NCBI GenBank assembly: GCA_002269645.1
Contig: NIVC01003496.1
Span: 47,648 to 94,870, forward strand
Direction of reading: 5' to 3'
DNA: 47,223 nucleotides
From: Macrostomum lignano
Taxonomy: Eukaryota
A program made the translations under genes and the position numbers. Below, in pieces: positions 27,805-46,980 of this stretch. The first letter of the stretch is position 1. Each line of letters begins with the position of its first letter. The notes under the pieces are model-generated. The model saw only the letters and a program-made list of their open reading frames with translations. It had not been told where the DNA came from and made no database searches.

Positions 27805-29499
27805 ATGAATCAATTATTTGCAGATATGAATGCAACATCAAATAACACATCTATTGGCATCAATGCGAGCCCTGGTTCGGATGACTCATTCAACTCGTTA
27901 ATGCTGCAGCTGCCCCTAGAAGCAATCATCTGCCTACTGACTGTTATCGGCAACGCTTTAACAATTCTGGCCGCTGTGACGTACCCGAATCTTCGCAAAC
28001 CGACTAACTACCTGATCATCAACTTGGCCTTGGTCGACTTTCTCGTAGGCATTATAGCCATACCGTTTGCGTCTGTCTCAGAGAGCGGCTTTCCTAAAAA
28101 TAGTTTCTACGGCTGTCTAATTATCAACTGCATAGTTGTAACATTCACTCAGGTTAGCTTCATCAATCTGCTGGCAATCGCCTTTGAGATACTCATCGCG
28201 GTGAAATACCCGCTGCGCTATCGGTCTCTCTTCACTAGACGGAACGTCTCAGCATTATGCGTACTGCTCTGGTTGTCAGGCGCCCTACTGGGCTTCATAC
28301 CGCTCATGGGCTGGAACAAGGGCCCGCCTCCAGATGGAGTCTGCTCGTTTGTAAACGTGATCGACTTGCGCTACTGGGTCTACGTGGTCTTCTTCGGCTG
28401 GTCGGCCTGGATTTTCCTCGTCGTGTTTTCACTCTACGCCACCGTGTTCTGCATCATCCGGCGCCAGCTCGGCTACAGGCGCCATCGCGGCGGCGGCGGC
28501 GATGGCGGCAGCGGCGGGATGCTGACAGCAGTGAGACGCAGGACCAGACGACAGCAGCGCATTGGTGACAGCACCTACAGTGGCGGCGTCTCTACCGCCA
28601 CGGTTAAAGCGGCCAAGCGAATGTCCGTTATTGTTCTCGCGTTTGCTATAGCCTGGATACCTCTGAATATCCATAACGTATTGCAGGTATATGGCTAATT
28701 AGTTGCATATTTGTTTTTAGTTTGTTTACATGAAGTTATTGGAGTTTATTCTGCATTGCTGGGGGGTTTTCACGAGGCGTCCGCCAACCATGCAGTGAAC
28801 TTGATCATATGTATACGGACATAAGGACATTGGACATACGGACATTGGACATCCGGAAATTGGACATATGGACATTGGACATCCGGAAATTGGACATACG
28901 GACACGTGGTGTGCAGTGGTCCTGGCTTCTCATCTTCAGACATTCATAGAATTTGAATTGTGTGCTGTAGGGGTTGAGCTATCATGAGCACAAATTACGT
29001 AAGCCCTAGGCTAAATTCTGTGCAAGGTACAAACACATTGAACCCTGAAATCTGGATGAGAGAACGCTCCTCTACCCGGCCAACTCAACTGTGTCTTCCA
29101 GCATTGCTTTATTTTACTAACCGACATTAATCTACTCAAATTCTCAGAAGAATTAAATCTCCACTGCTTCAGGTGATGTGCGATCTACAATACGGGAGTT
29201 ACGTCGTCAAAGTGTGCATCTTGTTGACGCACGCCAACAGCGCGGTCAATCCGTTTGTGTACGCCTTTTCGCATCCGCAGTTCCGGGCAGCTTACGCCGC
29301 ACTGATTTGTTGCAGACGGGTCAGGCCTGAGTTTTGCGATCCCAGCGCAAATGGCGGCAGCCGCGGTGTTCATGGAGGACGAAGCATCGCAGCAAACAGA
29401 CCGGCAACCGGCGCGACTTCTGCCAGCATCGCTCGACGACAAACAATTGCCAGTGAACCGCAGTACGCTGCTGAACACGAGTTTGTCACTAGATTATGA
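27805..29499 (+). CDS. Class A GPCR, adenosine receptor-like (395-402 aa)
   Basis: join(27805 or 27826..28686,29173..29499), phase-0 GT-AG intron. Seven TM segments. Adenosine-receptor hallmarks: TM1 E..GN, TNYLIINLALVD, TQ in TM3, PLRY, GWN, ECL2 CSF, TM6 WIPLNIHN, TM7 THANSAVNPFVYA. The DRY position reads EIL. Confidence 0.9.
28818..28905. repeat. Short degenerate GGACAT-based tandem repeat in the GPCR intron
   Basis: Direct. Confidence 0.8.
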
Positions 29500-31040
29500 T
29501 CGGGTGTCAATTGGTGGCTGGTAACCGAATGTAGGCGGCAAAAGTAACTAAACTATTTTAAAAGGACGCTGTACATGGAAATTCGAAAGTTCCTGAAGCT
29601 TAAGCTTTTTAATCTCAACCACAGACCGCAAAGCAATCAAGCTTTGTAATTTGTAATGATGTTGTATGAATCTAATAACTCTAACATACCTGTGATGCAT
29701 TCCCTGACTCCGATTTTAGCTTAACACTTTCTAACGTTTTGTTCGACGCCTACTCCACCCACTTGGCATATTGCGACTTCGTGGACAGCTGAAGTTATTC
29801 TTGATATTAACAAATTTTGTTTATCTTATTTAGCCGATTAATCTTTATTTTATTTATTACCTCCAAAAATACGAGGGTATCTCCATGCTTATCGCGAAAT
29901 GTCGCCCAACATGCATATCGTATCGAAATTTTGGCTGAAATTCTCAAAACTTTCTCGCGAATATTTAATAATAAAAACACACGTTGGACTCAATACATTA
30001 GACCGAAATGTCTTTATAGCTGCTTGCAAATTGCACGTTCATAGAAACTCTTATGGAGTACATCGCAGCGATAAACATTGCGTCTTATCTTCAACCTTTG
30101 GCTTCACTAAGCGCTATAGGTGTACACTAAATTGACCTCTGATATTTTATCTGTACAGAGCAGTCCAAGCAAACGCATTTGGCATGTATATATTGTGACC
30201 GAGTCACAGACCGAAGTCTCGAGCCCCACTGGACGCATGGCGGAGAAGCCTTACGGAACATTCTCGGGTGAGGAAACGCACGGACGAATAATTATTTGAC
30301 TTTTTGCGCATTTGTTTTCGATTAATATTTAACATGAGAAAGTTGCCAGATAGACGGACAGCTTCCAGTATAATATAGAATAGGTGAATATGAGGGCCAC
30401 AAAAGTAAGATCTCCCCAGACTGCATCTGTATAAATTTCCCAAATTCGTACAATTAGAATAAACTTTTGTGCTTCCACCTTTGATTTCGAAAAAGTGCAT
30501 GTGCACCTGTGTACACCATGGCCAACTACAGCAGAAGGAATTTGTTAGAAAACTCCTCCTCACTCAATTTTGTTAGAAATGAGCTGTAGGTTGGTAAGGA
30601 ACGCATGGCGTTGAATGAGGTTTCACCATAGACAAATTCGGTCAGGAAAAATTTATCGAATAAAAAAATGTGTTAGCTAGCAAGGAGACTTCACAGAAGC
30701 ATTAGAATTTGTCTATGGCCTGGATCGGTGCGCAACGAAACACGCTGTGTAATTAAAATCCAGTGTCTATGCTCGCGTACAAGTACGAGGGCACCGCAGT
30801 TGTCGACTGCGGTCCGACGGCGCATTAAGCATTCTGTCAAAACTGAATGCACAGTGACAAAATTGAAAATAGACCGCAAAAGTAGTGCAGAACTAATGCA
30901 CCAGCGATACGACAAATACGCGTTCCATACTGAAAGTGTAGCGGTCCTTCTATTTTAGCTGTCCAAGATTGCTGTTCATTCTATTGCGGCATTTGAGTTT
31001 ACTAGTCTACTAGTTTACTTAAAAGTGACTCAGCCATGCG

Positions 31041-37834
<6,794 letters not shown>

Positions 37835-37837
37835 GTA

Positions 37838-38092
37838 AGTTGCTATGCTGCTTGGTTGCTATGCTGCTTGGTTGCTATGCTGCTTGGTTGCTATGCTGCT
37901 TGGTTGCTATGCTGCTTGGTGCATATGCTGCTTGGTGCATATGCTGCTTGGTTGCTATGCTGCTTGGTTGCTATGCTGCTTGGTTGCTATGCATCTTGGT
38001 TGCTATGCTGCTTGGTTGCTATGCTGCTTGGTTGCTATGCTGCTTGGTTGCTATGCTGCTTAGTTGCTATGCTAAATGCATGGTTGCTATGC
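37838..38092. repeat. 16-bp minisatellite (GTTGCTATGCTGCTTG) immediately after the exon 8 donor
   Basis: Direct. Confidence 0.95.
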
Positions 38093-38546
38093 GAATTCGT
38101 TGCTCTGTCGTACTAGTCGTAAAGTATTTTTTGCCCTAAATTAAATGACAGAAGAACTTCTACTCGCAAAATTTTGAATCAGTTCTGAGATAAGGCTTGT
38201 AATAACTTCTGTCCTATACTGTATTGCGTCAAAAGTTTGTTTTTTCCTAGCAGTTCGCCTTTTGCGAAGCAACAAATTCGGAAGAGCTGCTAGCGAAGCA
38301 ATTAGACAAAATTCGTGCCGTGTGCCGTAAACTTGCGAGAAAATTAATTATGGCTTTGCCGTCAAAGTGTGCAATTAAAAATTCACATGCGGGTTAGTGC
38401 AATTTATTAGGTGCAAATGCATCCAAATATCAGGATGATTTTTTACGCCTGAAATTGCTTTTGCATCACCTATAGTTAAGGCTTGTTAGAGGGAATTGCT
38501 GCGATGTCAAGACTAAAGAGGTCAGAAGCTTCACGTAGTTACCTTA

Positions 38547-39287
<741 letters not shown>

Positions 39288-39792
39288 GAGACTGTCAGTA
39301 TTTCATCTTACCTCACAACAACATCAGCATCAATACTAAATTGGACGCGTTGCTTGTCTCTGTATGCACAGTACAAATAACACACACCGCAACAGGGAGG
39401 GCAGACTACTCTGAGAGACTGCTAATAGCTTCCTGTACAGATTAGAAAAGCAATGTGGTATTTCGGCCATAGACATTTCTCCTGAGAGTCATCCAATTAC
39501 CCCAAACATAGGAGAAAAAGAGCAACGCGTTTCCAAGATCTGCATTGAGTTTACGAATATATGTCTGATTTTCATGAAGTGAAGGTGAGTACAAACAAAG
39601 TAAAAGTAAAAAACTGCGCCAAAGTAAAAAAGTCTCTGCTCAGCCTAAGATATCAGCATCTCCTTTGAGCTTTGGCATCAAAGAGCCCACTTTAAGCCAT
39701 GGCTTAATGCTAAATCTTATTCTCCCTGTTGTATGTTGGAGATCAGGAATATGACAAAATGTAATGTGTCGGTAGCTGTATAACATATGGTT

Positions 39793-40119
39793 TTTTTATT
39801 AGAGGCAGGGGGTTGTGTGCACCCTGGCGCACTTTAAGCGACATAGGCACACAACCGGCGAGAGGCATTACTGCCCATTCCGCGGATACGTACGCAGGCA
39901 CACACTCACACAGGAGTGCACAGCGGCCCTAACTTTATTTTTAGGCATGTACACTTCACTGCGCCTGGGGGGGGGGGTTGGCTCTCAAGGCCGTTAATTG
40001 CACGAGCAGAGCCAAGCCGAGATTCCAATTCAGCCCCAAATTAATGTGACTGACTTGGAATCGAGCCTGGGCGCTGGCACACACCAGAGCCTGCTCTAGA
40101 CCGCTGGGCTACGGCCCCC
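39793..40119 (-). mobile_element. Full-length tRNA-derived SINE (family A) with poly(A) tail and 14-bp TSD
   Basis: Minus strand starts GGGGCCGTAGCCCAGCGGTCTAGAGC (A box), has GGCTCGATTCC (B box) and ends CTCTAATAAAAA. TATAACATATGGTT is duplicated at 39779-39792 and 40120-40133. Confidence 0.9.
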
Positions 40120-40443
40120 TATAACATATGGTTGCATAAATAAAGAAAGAATTTTGGTAATATTTTGCTTCATCGATATCCGTTATTGGGGTATTCATTT
40201 TTCAAGTTCACTTATAGTCTTTGACTGGTTACATATTCAATGTTGAAATTACTATTAATTGGCAAGTTGCAGTCTGTTTTAAAACGTTTGAAAAAGAGAA
40301 AGCTTGTGCGTATCAATTAAGAAGCTTGACACCTTAATTCGGGTTCGAAACACAGGTTAACAGTTCAAGACCTATGCAGCATCCATATATATATAGGCAA
40401 GACTAATTATCAAGCGCGTACACTATTTAATTTACTGTTACTG

Positions 40444-42104
40444 TTAACCAAGCTGCAATAGCCTAGGCAAGTATAGACATGCAAAAGTGACCAAAATCAG
40501 AATACAAACAAGCAGTCTAGCGGGCACACCATGCCAGTGTCTGCGCAGACAAAAATGAGCTTCACAGTTCCAAAATAGTTCCTTCAGTGCCGGCAGCTTC
40601 TCTTTAATGTGATAAACAACGCTCGAATACTCTTTTGCGATGGAAAATGTTGACGAAAAAAAAAAAATCCTTTTCGCCCAGAAACTCAGCAAGAAAAGGC
40701 TAATTAATACGCAGTAAAAAACATAACGCGCTACTAGCTTGTTCCAAACGTCCTCCGGCCCAAGGACCTCTTTGCTAATGGGCAGCCGTTCGTCCGGAAC
40801 AATGTAGACTCGAGTTCCTCGCAGAGAGATCTCGGAGATGCCAAGGATGGAGGCACGAGGGGCGCCGAACCACACCTCCGGAATGACGCCGATTCTCTCA
40901 GCTATGTCGATGAATTCCTCCGCTGTAGCGTAGCGAAGTCGCACAGCCGATGGCGGCTTCGACTGGTACAGCAGCGTCGAAACATTCGTCACAGGTAGAC
41001 TGCGGCAAACTTTTCTAGCTTAATATCAGCTGATCGACCAATTACCTTGTCAATAGCGCTGTCGAGCAGAGTGGCATTGAACCTGTTTAGAGCAATCCGA
41101 CTCAGGTAGTTGTGGTAGAACATCGAACTGTATCTGTTTTCTGACGTGACTCGCCCTCCGTTCCGCCCGATGTTGAACGTGCGGGACAGCTCGGGACGCA
41201 CGCAGACCAGCCGATTAATCAGCATGTAGAGCCTCAGGAAGTCGTCGTACTGCTTCTTCGGCCAAGCTTTCCTGACCTGCAGCCAGTGGCGCCGGTTGAT
41301 CATCCAGCCGAGTCCCGGGAAGAAGTCAGTCCGGTGCAGCAGCTGTGGGTCCTCGGTCACGAGACCTATTTGACCGTTGTCGTTCCAAGCGGACACGCAG
41401 AAGATGCTTCGTCCGAATCCAGCGCCCTTCGCAGCGAGCTGAAGTATGGTAGAAATCCGGAGCAATCAGCAGGTCGTCCTCCATGAGCACAACGTAGGAG
41501 TAGTTCAGCTTCAGAATGAGATGGTCCAGCACGCGCAGGTAATGCCGCGCAATCTTCACGTAGGTGTCGCTTGAAGGCTTAAATTTGTGACTCTTGTCGT
41601 CGGCTAACCGCAACAGTTTAACCTCCGGCGTCTCGATCTGCTGCAGGACTCATTTGTTTTTTTTCTGTGCCATCGATCGATATCATGAGGCGGAATCCGG
41701 TGTCAGGCTTTTGGCTACCAACTGTCTCACCAGCTGATGCACTTCTGGCCTCGCAGCGGCTAGCACGACCACAGCAATCTCCTTGTTCTGATGGGTATCT
41801 GGCGCTCGAACCAGCGAGTTTGTAGAGGTCCTTTGATGAAGACGAACGGACGAGGTCTTAGAGTTAATTTGATGAAGACGAACTGAGGAGTTGCTCAACG
41901 TCTTATTATAAATCTGCGTAAGACGAAAATTAGTCAGATCGTTGGTATCTTTGGCGTCTGGTTTTCTGCCGTCTTTTTAATATGATTTTTCGGCGTCACA
42001 AAAGTATGCAGCAGACCCAGGGCCAGTAAGAATAAAGCCACGACAAAAACGATTTGTCTGTGCTTTCCACACAGCCGGCCGCCGTGGCGCAGGCAGCTGA
42101 GCAT
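40444..42104 (-). pseudogene. Intronless GT13-family glycosyltransferase (GnT-I/MGAT1-like), with about 6 frameshifts (pseudogene or consensus error)
   Basis: ATG at 42104; type II anchor IVFVVALFLLALGLLHTFV; FRLMISIDG; YVKIARHY; VVLMEDDLLIAPDF; SIFCVSAWNDNG; LHRTDFFPGLGWM; VRPELSRTFNIG; GAPRASILG. All are colinear with GnT-I motifs. Shifts lie near 41955, 41705, 41655, 41450, 41410 and 40990. Confidence 0.85.
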
Positions 42105-42949
42105 CGGATGCTGTTATTTTTCTTCGAAATCAAGTAAAGTTCAAGCGGTCTTTTATTAGTAGCAAAAAATGCGTTAGCAGACCTGCGTTTAGGGAAGTCT
42201 GCTTACAGCTCCACGAGTTAGAGTGTAACATTTTACGCACAGACCCTAATATATGAGCACTGCTCTGCTCTGACCTCACTACCAAACTCATCAATTACGC
42301 CACGAGTTTCTGACCGCGGAGTTCGGGCCATTATAACAACCGCGCTATTGCATTTGTGCTACAAACATAGAGAATATTTAGCAGGTTTTGTGCGACACAT
42401 CGAAGTACAATATACGTCACTGCGCAGATATAGGAAAGGAGGCAGAGAGCCAAGGAGTTCTAGGACTAAGACCTGAAGTACCAACTCCAACTCCAAACGC
42501 TTATTTTCGCACCGATAGAGGCGCTTGTGTCACCTTTTGCTATAACTTCGATTCGTCTTGACCGAATTTCATAAACGTGGTCTCAATAAGTTCCCCACGT
42601 GGCAGCAGCAGGAGCAGGAACGTATTCAGCTCTAAAACGAGACCAAGTTTACGAGCTGAGGTGGTACTAAAGAGAGAGAGAGAGAGAGAGACTGCAACTT
42701 TATTGCATATTGGTCAGAATTCAAGAGCTCGAGATACAGTATAATGACTCTATTTTGCTACAAAAGAAAGACAGAAATGTATGAATTTGGCGCTTTTGTA
42801 TTGAGCAGCTGTAGCTAGTGTAGTATAGTTTGTTCAGCGCAGGAGCTTTGGCTGCTGGGCTGGCTTATGCTTCGCACTTCGGGCATTTGGCCAGCTCATT
42901 TTTCTGTCACATTGCACAAGGATAATCACGGCAGGCTATAGGGTGCATA

Positions 42950-45167
42950 AGAGCAATGTGACTAGATTTCTCATCATCAAGGGCAATGTGACTATATTTC
43001 TCATCATCAAGAGCAATGTGACTAGATTTCTCATCATCAAGAGCAATGACTAGATTTCTCATCATCAAGAGCAATGTGACTAGATTTCTCATCATCAAGA
43101 GCAATGTGACTAGATTTCTCATCATCAAGAGCAATGTGACTAGATTTCTCATCATCAAGAGCAATGTGACTAGATTTCTCATCATCAAGAGCAATGTGAC
43201 TAGATTTCTCATCATCAAGAGCAATGTGACTAGATTTCTCATCATCAAGAGCAATGTGACTAGATTTCTCATCACTCATCAGAGCAATGTGACTAGATTT
43301 CTCATCATCAAGAGCAAGGTGATAGATTTCTCATCATCAAGAGCAAGGTGACTAGATTTCTCATCATCAAGAGCAATGTGACTAGATTTCTCATATCGAG
43401 CAATTGAAGATTTCTCATCATCAAGAGCAATGTGACTAGATTTCTCATCATCAAGAGCAATGTGACTAGATTTCTTCAAAGATCAATGTGACAGATTTCT
43501 ATCATTAAGAGCATGACTAGATTTCTCATCATCAAGAGCAAGACTAGATTTCTCACATAGATAATGACTAGATTTCATCATCAAGAGCAATGTGACTAGA
43601 TTTCTCATCATCAAGAGCAATGTGACTAGATTTCTCATCATCAAGCAATGTGACTAGATATCATAGACTTGACTAGATTTCTCATCATCAAGAGCAAGTG
43701 ACTAGATTTCTCATCATCAAGAGCAATGTGACAGATTTCTCATCACTCAGAGCAATGTGACTAGATTTCTCATCATCAAGAGCAATGTGACTAGATTTCT
43801 CATCATCAAGAGCAATGTGACTAGATTTCTCATCATCAAGAGCAATGTGACTAGATTTCTCATCATCAAGAGCAAGGTGACTAGATTTCTCATCATCAAG
43901 AGCAATGTGACTAGATTTCTCATCATCAAGAGCAATGTGACTAGATTTCTCATCATCAAGAGCAATGTGACTAGATTTCTCATCATCAAGAGCAATGTGA
44001 CTAGATTTCTCATCATCAAGAGCAATGTGACTAGATTTCTCATCATCAAGAGCAATGTGACTAGATTTCTCATCATCAAGAGCAATGTGACTAGATTTCT
44101 CATCATCAAGAGCAATGTGACTAGATTTCTCATCATCAAGAGCAATGTGACTAGATTTCTCATCATCAAGAGCAATGTGACTAGATTTCTCATCATCAAG
44201 AGCAATGTGACTAGATTTCTCATCATCAAGAGCAATGTGACTAGATTTCTCATCATCAAGAGCAATGTGACTAGATTTCTCATCATCAAGAGCAATGTGA
44301 CTAGATTTCTCATCATCAAGAGCAAGGTGACTAGATTTCTCATCATCAAGAGCAAGGTGACTAGATTTCTCATCATCAAGAGCAAGGTGACTAGATTTCT
44401 CATCATCAAGAGCAACATGACTAGATTTCTCATCATCAAGAGCAAGGTGACTAGATTTCTCATCATCAAGAGCAAGGTGACTAGATTTCTCATCATCAAG
44501 AGCAAGGTGACTAGATTTCTCATCATCAAGAGCAAGGTGACTAGATTTCTCATCATCAAGAGCAAGGTGACTAGATTTCTCATCATCAAGAGCAACATGA
44601 CTAGATTTCTCATCATCAAGAGCAAGGTGACTAGATTTCTCATCATCAAGAGCAAGGTGACTAGATTTCTCATCATCAAGAGCAAGGTGACTAGATTTCT
44701 CATCATCAAGAGCAAGGTGACTAGATTTCTCATCATCAAGAGCAAGGTGACTAGATTTCTCATCATCAAGAGCAAGGTGACTAGATTTCTCATCATCAAG
44801 AGCAAGGTGACTAGATTTCTCATCATCAAGAGCAATGTGACTAGATTTCTCATCATCAAGAGCAAGGTGACTAGATTTCTCATCATCAAGAGCAATGTGA
44901 ATAGATTTCTCATCATCAAGAGCAAGGTGACTAGATTTCTCATCATCAAGAGCAAGGTGACTAGATTTCTCATCATCAAGAGCAAGGTGACTAGATTTCT
45001 CATCATCAAGAGCAAGGTGACTAGATTTCTCATCATCAAGAGCAATGTGACTAGATTTCTCATCATCAAGAGCAAGGTGACTAGATTTCTCATCATCAAG
45101 AGCAATGTGAATAGATTTCTCATCATCAAGAGCAAGGTGACTAGATTTCTCATCATCAAGAGCAATG
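42950..45167. repeat. 30-bp satellite (GACTAGATTTCTCATCATCAAGAGCAATGT), ~70+ units
   Basis: Direct; produces the 487- and 516-aa artefactual ORFs. Indel-rich stretch at 43270-43750. Confidence 0.98.
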
Positions 45168-45197
45168 TACGAACTCTCTGTGCCCTAATTGTACAAC

Positions 45198-46605
45198 TAG
45201 GGGTCGCAAAAAACCGGTAGGAGCGTAAAACCGGAAAACCGATAAAACCGGTAAAACCGGCAAAAAAGTTCATAAATTTACACAGAATTTTTTCCATTTC
45301 ATAAAAAAAATTATGCTTGTTTCTTAAAGATCGTTATATAATGTTCCAAACAGATTTATATTTCAGTTAAACATACTACATTTTCATCCTGTTCACTGAG
45401 AGTCAAAGACTCACAATGTCCACAGTACCACCGTATAATCGCCTTCACAATGCACTTCAATCAACAACTGTATTGCAGAGCGTAATCTGCAATCGGTGCG
45501 TATTGCAGATACTTTCAGTAGTATTGTTATAGAACCTCTTCTGCTCGTCTAGTTATAAAATGTTATAAGGGGGATAGTACAGTACTTGTTAAAACTTTAA
45601 TTTTGTTAGTATAAAAGACAAGCTGTTTTCAAATTTCAAGCGGATACGAAAATCGACCTCAAGCAAAAAATAGCAAGCATTCCAGGTATTCAGCAATAGC
45701 ATTACAGCTTTCGGGCATTAAAATTGGCGCGCAGGATCGACAATGAAGAGAGAGTCTTGCTTGACATTCGGCTTCGGAACCTGTTGCAGAGATGCCTGCA
45801 GCTGAAAAGGCTCTCTCAGACTCGACTGACGTCGGAGCAATTGTTTTCAGACAGGGGTACATCTTGTCTGTGTAAAATCCGAGCTGTCCAGTGCATTCCG
45901 CAGTGATCAGTTCACTGCTGATGGCGGAAGCGAAGGTGGTCGAGCATTTCTTGCAGCCCTTTGGCAGCTGGCGACTGGGCTTCCGTGATGGCCTTTTGGA
46001 GTTTGCTGTAAAAATCCCACTTGCAACTTGCATCGCCACTTCATTCGCAGATTCGGATCGAACATCGTTCTGCGTGCCCAAGGTCTCGGTTGAATGATCT
46101 AGCTCGATGTCAGCAACGTCAGATTCATGATCGCCAATCAGAAGCATCGCCAATCAGGTTGGTCGGTGAAGGTGCTGCAGAGCCCTCGAAGCTTCGGTGT
46201 ATCGTTCTTGGACAATGCGCTCTTCGATTGTGACCTTCAGAGTCTGGCACAGATCTGATGTCTGGTCTAGCTCTTCAAGAAGAAGCTTGATGATCGCCTC
46301 AGCGGTGATCAAAGTCGCTTCTCGGTTGGACAGTGCCTCAACAGCTGCATGCTTTCAGGGGTGTCAGGGCATTCACGACTTCTTGAATGAGCGCAAAATT
46401 GGCATCAGTCAGCCTTTCACATTCTGGCAGCTTCAGATCGATCTCGTTCTAATAATCCTCTGAAGCATGTCAGCAAGACTATTACAGCGTGTCTCGCAAT
46501 CGAGTAGCAAAGTCAAGGGCTGCTTTGCAACTCCATCCTTGGCTTGATAGCTCTGGAAGAGCTCGTTGGTTTTAGGTGTCCGCTTGATTTTCTTTCTTCA
46601 CAAAT
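45198..46605 (-). mobile_element. Decayed hAT-superfamily DNA transposon: 3' end with TIR-like TAGGGGTCGCAAA and subterminal AAAACCGG repeats, plus C-terminal transposase fragment
   Basis: Minus-strand frames give KIKRTPKTNELFQ..LLLDCETRCNSLADMLQR (TRWNS motif) and KTIAPTSVESERAFSAAG (hAT dimerisation domain). Several frameshifts and stops; acceptor TTTCAG| at 46606. The other end was not seen. Confidence 0.85.
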
Positions 46606-46869
46606 CTGAAAGTAATTTATACTAGGCGGTATGCATTAAAGTTCAAAGACTCAAGAGAGAAGGAGAAGAGAGAGAGTTCAACAGATGCTTTTACTGTCGT
46701 CTCCGATGCTTAGAAGGCGAAATTTTTAAGTCGTCAAAAATTCTTGATTGCAGCTGGGTGTTGCCATGGGTTTTACAAGTATGTAGGGGGAGGGCAAAGC
46801 CAAGAATTTCTACATGACTAAAAATTCTATACTATATTATTGTGAGAATCGGCGCTCTTAGCATTTATT

Positions 46870-46980
46870 TTTGCGCCACAGGCACTCATTTTGGCGCCAC
46901 AGGAACTCATTTTAGCGCACGGACATCCTTTTTGGCGCCACAAGCACTCATTTCGGCGCCGCAGGCACTCATTTTGCTGC
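46870..46980. repeat. ~21-bp degenerate repeat (TTTTGGCGCCACAGGCACTCA)
   Basis: About 5 copies seen; possibly subterminal repeats of another DNA element. Confidence 0.7.

Noticed and set aside
29817-30958. Short ORFs between the GPCR and the transporter
   Set aside because: No recognisable domains or splice-consistent structure.
38303-38335. LDKIRAVCRK as the missing transporter TM8 exon (LDRFRT-like)
   Set aside because: No phase-compatible acceptor, no downstream N..GD motif, and it lies inside a putative repeat element.
42480-42660. Possible non-autonomous DNA-transposon fragment (also 3100-3500 and 4780-5200)
   Set aside because: Only a vague compositional resemblance; no TIR pair or TSD could be shown.
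42907-45297. 487- and 516-aa ORFs of 10-aa repeats
   Set aside because: 30-bp satellite read-through with no unique coding context.
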